DNA from: a virus
IMG/VR virus record: IMGVR_UViG_3300024264_000024
Coordinates: 7,647-71,646 of that record
Length of the DNA: 64,000 nucleotides
Strand: one strand, 5' to 3'
Shown here: piece by piece, positions 60,211 through 64,000 of the stretch
Numbering within the stretch: position 1 is the first letter of the stretch
How the letters are laid out: each line of letters opens with the position of its first letter
Made by a program: the position numbers and the translations under genes
Notes under the pieces: generated by a model
What the model saw: the letters and a program-made list of their open reading frames with translations, nothing else
Databases searched by the model: none
Told to the model about the DNA's origin: nothing

Positions 60211-62439
60211 TTATGAACAACCAGCTATAATTTCACCACTAATTGTTGTTGCGTCAGCTGAAACATTCCAATTTCCTCCAGTTTGTGTTGCCAGTTCTCT
60301 CCAAGGATATAAAGGTGTTACACTTCCTCCTGTGTAGCTTGTTCCAGGTCCACATACAAAATACTTAATTCCATTTAAGTTTGCATAAGTAATCATTGAT
60401 TGTATACCTGCCCATACAGTATTGTTAAATGAATCTCCTGTACCTCCTGGTAATTTATCTGTTATAATAATAACATACTTAGCAATACCCGCTCTAAATG
60501 ATCCAGTTAAGTTACTAGTTGTAACAAGCTGTGCAGCATAATCAGTTGGTTCAGGTGTTCCTGCTCCATTTCCTAAATTTATACAAGTACCATCTACACC
60601 TCCATTTAATTTATCTAATTCAGCTGTAAAAGATACTCCATTATTATTTTGGAACATTTCCCATGCTGTAATATATTGTGTTACATTATTAGTTCCAATA
60701 TTTACTATTTTTTGAGAAGTTGGTAAACCTGTATATGTAGCACATGCACTATAACTAGGTGCAGAACCACCACCTGTATAATATTCATCAGCTGTAACTA
60801 GTGATAATCTATAATCATTTGCACCAGATAATGTTGATATAGTAGAAACTAAATTTGATACACCAGATTTAACAGAATCAATTATAGGACCCATAGATCC
60901 TGTATAGTCTATAACAAATGATACATCCATTCCTGCACTACATGGTGCTGACCCTGTTAAAGTGGTAATAGGTGTTAATGCACAAACTTCTGTAGCTCCT
61001 TGATATTGTGTTGTTATTCTAACATTATATGTTGTATCAGGAATTAAACCTGTAAATTGTATTGATGGATTTGGAGCTGGATTAGTAATTGTTTGCGTTG
61101 CTATAACTGTTGTTCCTCCTGCATCTAATACATCTACTACATATACTGCAGTAGTTCCTAAGTTTTGAGTAAAGCCTACTGTAAATCCATCTTGTACCAC
61201 TGCTGAAATTGATATGTTACCTGGACAAGGTAAAAATCCTGTCACTACTGAAGCCAATCTTGTTTCACATGTATCTGATCCATCTGTTACAGAATAATCA
61301 ATAGTAACAGATAAATCTTGAGCTGTTACTAATGCACCAGTCTGAAAGTCAAAACCTGCAGGTACATTTTGTAAACTAGAAACACTTACTATTTGTGATA
61401 ATGATAATCCGTTTACATCCGTTAATGTTATTAAACTACTACCTGTACTATCATTAAATGTAGCAGGTATACTTGATCCTGTGAAATTAAAATTAATTGC
61501 ATCAATTAGTCCAGTTGATACATCATATTGACTTGCTTGTGTTGATGCAAATACAACAGAATCACATCCTCCTGGACAACAATTTGTTTGTATAGATTGA
61601 ATAGCAGAATACATATCATCTATAACAATCCAAGCGTTTTGCACAGATTGTGCTAAAGTTGGTGCTGGATTTTGCCATCCACCTATTGAACCATAAGATA
61701 CTGCTGAGTCAGATAATGTAACGCTTGAACCAGTTATAGATGATTGACCTATAGCATTATTAATTAATGCTGCTGTTCCTACTGCATCTCTTAAAGTACA
61801 AAAAGCACTTTCAAGTGCTAATACTACTACTGATACATTTGTTAATACTCCTACTGTACTTACACAAGTTGGAACAATTTGAATTTCTGCAACTGTTCCT
61901 GAGCAAGGTAATACACATGCTTCTAAAATATCTATTCTTGAATTAAAACTTGTAAGAGTAGAGTTAATTACATTTATACTAGCTAAATTAGTACACACCT
62001 GTTGAGCTATTAAAGTAGCAAACTCATCTAAACGTAGTTCTGTAACAGGGTTACCATTTCTATCATTGTACTGCAAGCATGCAGGCAATGTCATTATTGG
62101 TAGACTATCTTCTACCTGTTTTTTAGAAGGACCAGATCCACCTCCATCTGTGTTATCACAGATCTGATTTACCATTGCTTGTAATACAGGAACTAACTCT
62201 GTAGGAGTTACACCTGGTATATTTAAACAACTTAAATCCAATCCTGTTAAATTTGGATTTGCTGCAACACCATCCGTAATAAGATCACATACCTTTGTGG
62301 CTAATTTTGCTGTTACTTCACTAATTGTATCACCATTGCATATATCTATACATGCAATGTCTGGTCCCTGCCATATAACGCAATTAGATGATATATTGTC
62401 ACAACCATTAGTTGTGCCACCTGAGTTTGTTGGAATCAT
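60211..62439 (-). CDS. Cys-rich structural protein with Fn3 and C-terminal vWA domains
   Basis: FTGLIPDTTYNVRI (Fn3); DVSFVIDYTGSM...KYVIIITD (vWA MIDAS). Confidence 0.75.
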   Translation of the reverse strand: MIPTNSGGTTNGCDNISSNCVIWQGPDIACIDICNGDTISEVTAKLATKVCDLITDGVAANPNLTGLDLSCLNIPGVTPTELVPVLQAMVNQICDNTDGGGSGPSKKQVEDSLPIMTLPACLQYNDRNGNPVTELRLDEFATLIAQQVCTNLASINVINSTLTSFNSRIDILEACVLPCSGTVAEIQIVPTCVSTVGVLTNVSVVVLALESAFCTLRDAVGTAALINNAIGQSSITGSSVTLSDSAVSYGSIGGWQNPAPTLAQSVQNAWIVIDDMYSAIQSIQTNCCPGGCDSVVFASTQASQYDVSTGLIDAINFNFTGSSIPATFNDSTGSSLITLTDVNGLSLSQIVSVSSLQNVPAGFDFQTGALVTAQDLSVTIDYSVTDGSDTCETRLASVVTGFLPCPGNISISAVVQDGFTVGFTQNLGTTAVYVVDVLDAGGTTVIATQTITNPAPNPSIQFTGLIPDTTYNVRITTQYQGATEVCALTPITTLTGSAPCSAGMDVSFVIDYTGSMGPIIDSVKSGVSNLVSTISTLSGANDYRLSLVTADEYYTGGGSAPSYSACATYTGLPTSQKIVNIGTNNVTQYITAWEMFQNNNGVSFTAELDKLNGGVDGTCINLGNGAGTPEPTDYAAQLVTTSNLTGSFRAGIAKYVIIITDKLPGGTGDSFNNTVWAGIQSMITYANLNGIKYFVCGPGTSYTGGSVTPLYPWRELATQTGGNWNVSADATTISGEIIAGCS

Positions 62440-62490
62440 ATTAATGTTATTTTATCTAATGTAATATTCTCTTATGAACTATATACATTA

Positions 62491-62545
62491 ATAATATACA
62501 AAATTTTTTAAAACCAAACAAGTATTGCTGGTTTTAAAAAATTTT
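62491..62545 (-). promoter_or_regulatory. 17-bp inverted repeat (terminator-like) overlapping TTTGTATATTAT
   Basis: aaaattttttaaaacca (62500-62516) / tggttttaaaaaatttt (62529-62545); motif at 62491-62502. Confidence 0.55.
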
Positions 62546-62569
62546 ACATTAACAAATATGAAAAGGAAA

Positions 62570-62830
62570 TTATACTGCTGCTAAAGGAGCCTCTTCTTTT
62601 ATTTCTGATACAGTACCGTCTTCTAAACTAATGTTTACATTACCGTACTTCTTTTCTAATTTAGAAGTTTCAACTTTCCAATCTTCTTGTAACTTTACGT
62701 GAGTTGTAGTAAGTTGATTTTGTACAACAGCTGCATTACCTAAATTCATAATTACAGTATTGATTTTTTCTTGAAGAGCTTTGATGCTTTCAAGCTCTTT
62801 TGCAGTTATTTTTTTTGCTTTTTTAGCCAT
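62570..62830 (-). CDS. Small coiled-coil hypothetical phage protein
   Basis: 86 aa with LEKKYGNVNISLEDG near the C-terminus. Confidence 0.75.
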   Translation of the reverse strand: MAKKAKKITAKELESIKALQEKINTVIMNLGNAAVVQNQLTTTHVKLQEDWKVETSKLEKKYGNVNISLEDGTVSEIKEEAPLAAV

Positions 62831-62862
62831 CTTAATATTTGGTTTTAATAATTATTATAGAG

Positions 62863-62893
62863 CAAAGATAATTAAAAATAGATAATTACCAAG
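62863..62893 (-). promoter_or_regulatory. Bacteroidota-type promoter
   Basis: CTTG, 19 nt spacer, TATCTTTG (perfect -7 element). Confidence 0.6.
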
Positions 62894-63404
62894 GATGATC
62901 AGTAATTATTTTATATTCAGGCATAAGTTCTTTATGAATTATTTCTTTCATACCCTCTATATATGTTGGTCTAACATTAGATAGAAGCAACTGTATTATG
63001 TCATTTCTTTTAATTGATCTATAATCTTTGATTCTAACTGCATGATCCAAATCATGAGGAACTATATATGTTCCGCTTACAGAATATGAACCTGATTTAT
63101 AATTTAACTTCTGAGATTGAGGTATAACCATAGTACCCTTATACTCAAATACAATATGCTCTAATAAATTATTAACATCTACTTCAACAGATTCTATATG
63201 AAAACTGTATCTGATATATGGTTTTTCTTTCTTTCTTAACTCCTCTTGCTTTAAGATAGCTTCATGTTTAAGTTTTAATATACTTTCTTGAGAAGGCTTT
63301 CTTATTGCTCTAGGTTTTTTAACCTTTTTAGCATCTGGCTTTTTTACAGCAGTTTTCTTTGATGATGCCTTTTTAGCAACTGATTTTTTTTTCTTCTTTG
63401 TCAT
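62886..63404 (-). CDS. Hypothetical protein with Lys-rich N-terminal tail
   Basis: MTKKKKKSVAKKASSKKTAVKKPDAKKVKKP followed by a globular domain. Confidence 0.7.
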   Translation of the reverse strand: MTKKKKKSVAKKASSKKTAVKKPDAKKVKKPRAIRKPSQESILKLKHEAILKQEELRKKEKPYIRYSFHIESVEVDVNNLLEHIVFEYKGTMVIPQSQKLNYKSGSYSVSGTYIVPHDLDHAVRIKDYRSIKRNDIIQLLLSNVRPTYIEGMKEIIHKELMPEYKIITDHPW

Positions 63405-63431
63405 AATAGTTAGTTTAAATATTAAAATTGA

Positions 63432-63998
63432 TTACGGGCAAACACTTAATGTTACACAAGCTGTGCTTCCATCTTCAAAAGTAATTAGTAAATATTTTGA
63501 TTTACCTTCAGTAAAAAACTCTTGAGTTTTTATACTTGATTCTCTTCCATTTAGATAAATAGTTCCACCACCATCACTTCCTGCAGGTCCTGTAGCACCA
63601 GTTGCTCCAGTTGCTCCGTCTTTTCCATCTGCTCCAGCAGGTCCTTGTGTTCCTTGATTACCTTGATCTCCTTTTGGCCCTTGAGCACCAGTGCTTCCTG
63701 TTAAACCTGTAGCACCTCTTGGTCCAGTAGATCCAGTATCACCCTTAGCTCCATTAGTTCCATTAGTTCCATTGCTTCCTGCAGGCCCTTGAGAACCTGT
63801 ATTTCCTTTAGCTCCAGCAGGTCCCTGAGATCCTGTAGCACCTTGAATACCTTGAATACCTTGAGATCCAGTGTCCCCTTTAGGTCCTGTCAAACCTGTT
63901 GGATTACCTACCCAGTCTCCTTTAATATTAATTACTTCATTACCGTCTATTTTAACAGATCCTACATCCGCAACTCCTTTAAGTTTTAATTGACCAGT
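63432..63998 (-). CDS. Collagen-like (Gly-X-Y) fibre protein, 5' end outside window
   Basis: About 35 uninterrupted Gly-X-Y triplets; the frame stays open to the window end. Confidence 0.85.
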   Translation of the reverse strand, partial: TGQLKLKGVADVGSVKIDGNEVINIKGDWVGNPTGLTGPKGDTGSQGIQGIQGATGSQGPAGAKGNTGSQGPAGSNGTNGTNGAKGDTGSTGPRGATGLTGSTGAQGPKGDQGNQGTQGPAGADGKDGATGATGATGPAGSDGGGTIYLNGRESSIKTQEFFTEGKSKYLLITFEDGSTACVTLSVCP

Positions 63999-64000
63999 AG

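Noticed and set aside
63580-63893. Tandem DNA repeats resembling a CRISPR array or VNTR
   Set aside because: Explained by Gly-X-Y collagen coding; no repeat-spacer structure.
1-64000. Stop-codon reassignment (TAG/TGA), as in some Crassvirales
   Set aside because: Giant ORFs are intact in the standard code, TAG and TGA end plausible genes, and no suppressor tRNA was seen.
1-64000. tRNA/rRNA genes, integrase, transposase, capsid/terminase/portal genes
   Set aside because: None recognised; intergenic spaces are very short, and head genes presumably lie outside the window.

Overview
AT-rich fragment of a large crAss-like (Crassvirales-related) phage, read in the standard genetic code. The host is probably a Bacteroidota/Flavobacteriia species, judged from Bacteroidota-type promoters and a Flavobacterium-type class Id RNR. 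The + strand carries the 3' part of a phage groEL, MazG-like, DUF932-like and DUF5664-like genes (1-2830) and a class I ribonucleotide reductase operon (12285-15444). The rest is a minus-strand virion module. In transcription order it encodes collagen-like and Cys-rich/Fn3/vWA proteins, a metallophosphoesterase, an IHF-like protein, two ring-like tail proteins, a 2122-aa tail stabilisation (muzzle-like) protein, and six large putative cargo proteins, including a 4659-aa virion RNA polymerase (DFDID motif plus HExxH zincin). Two holins, a chain of microproteins and three paralogous fibre proteins follow. Main observations: (1) a recurring x-x-x-G-G / A-[QK]-x-G motif separates the modules of several cargo proteins and also marks small basic proteins, suggesting a polyprotein-processing or capsid-targeting code; (2) a 27-aa CDGSH [2Fe-2S] microprotein missing from the ORF track; (3) a class Id (Mn-type) RNR; (4) three vWA/MIDAS domains on virion proteins, one inserted with EGF-like modules into the muzzle protein; (5) a repeated TTTGTATATTAT candidate late promoter. 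All domain calls come from motif recognition by eye; no searches were run.
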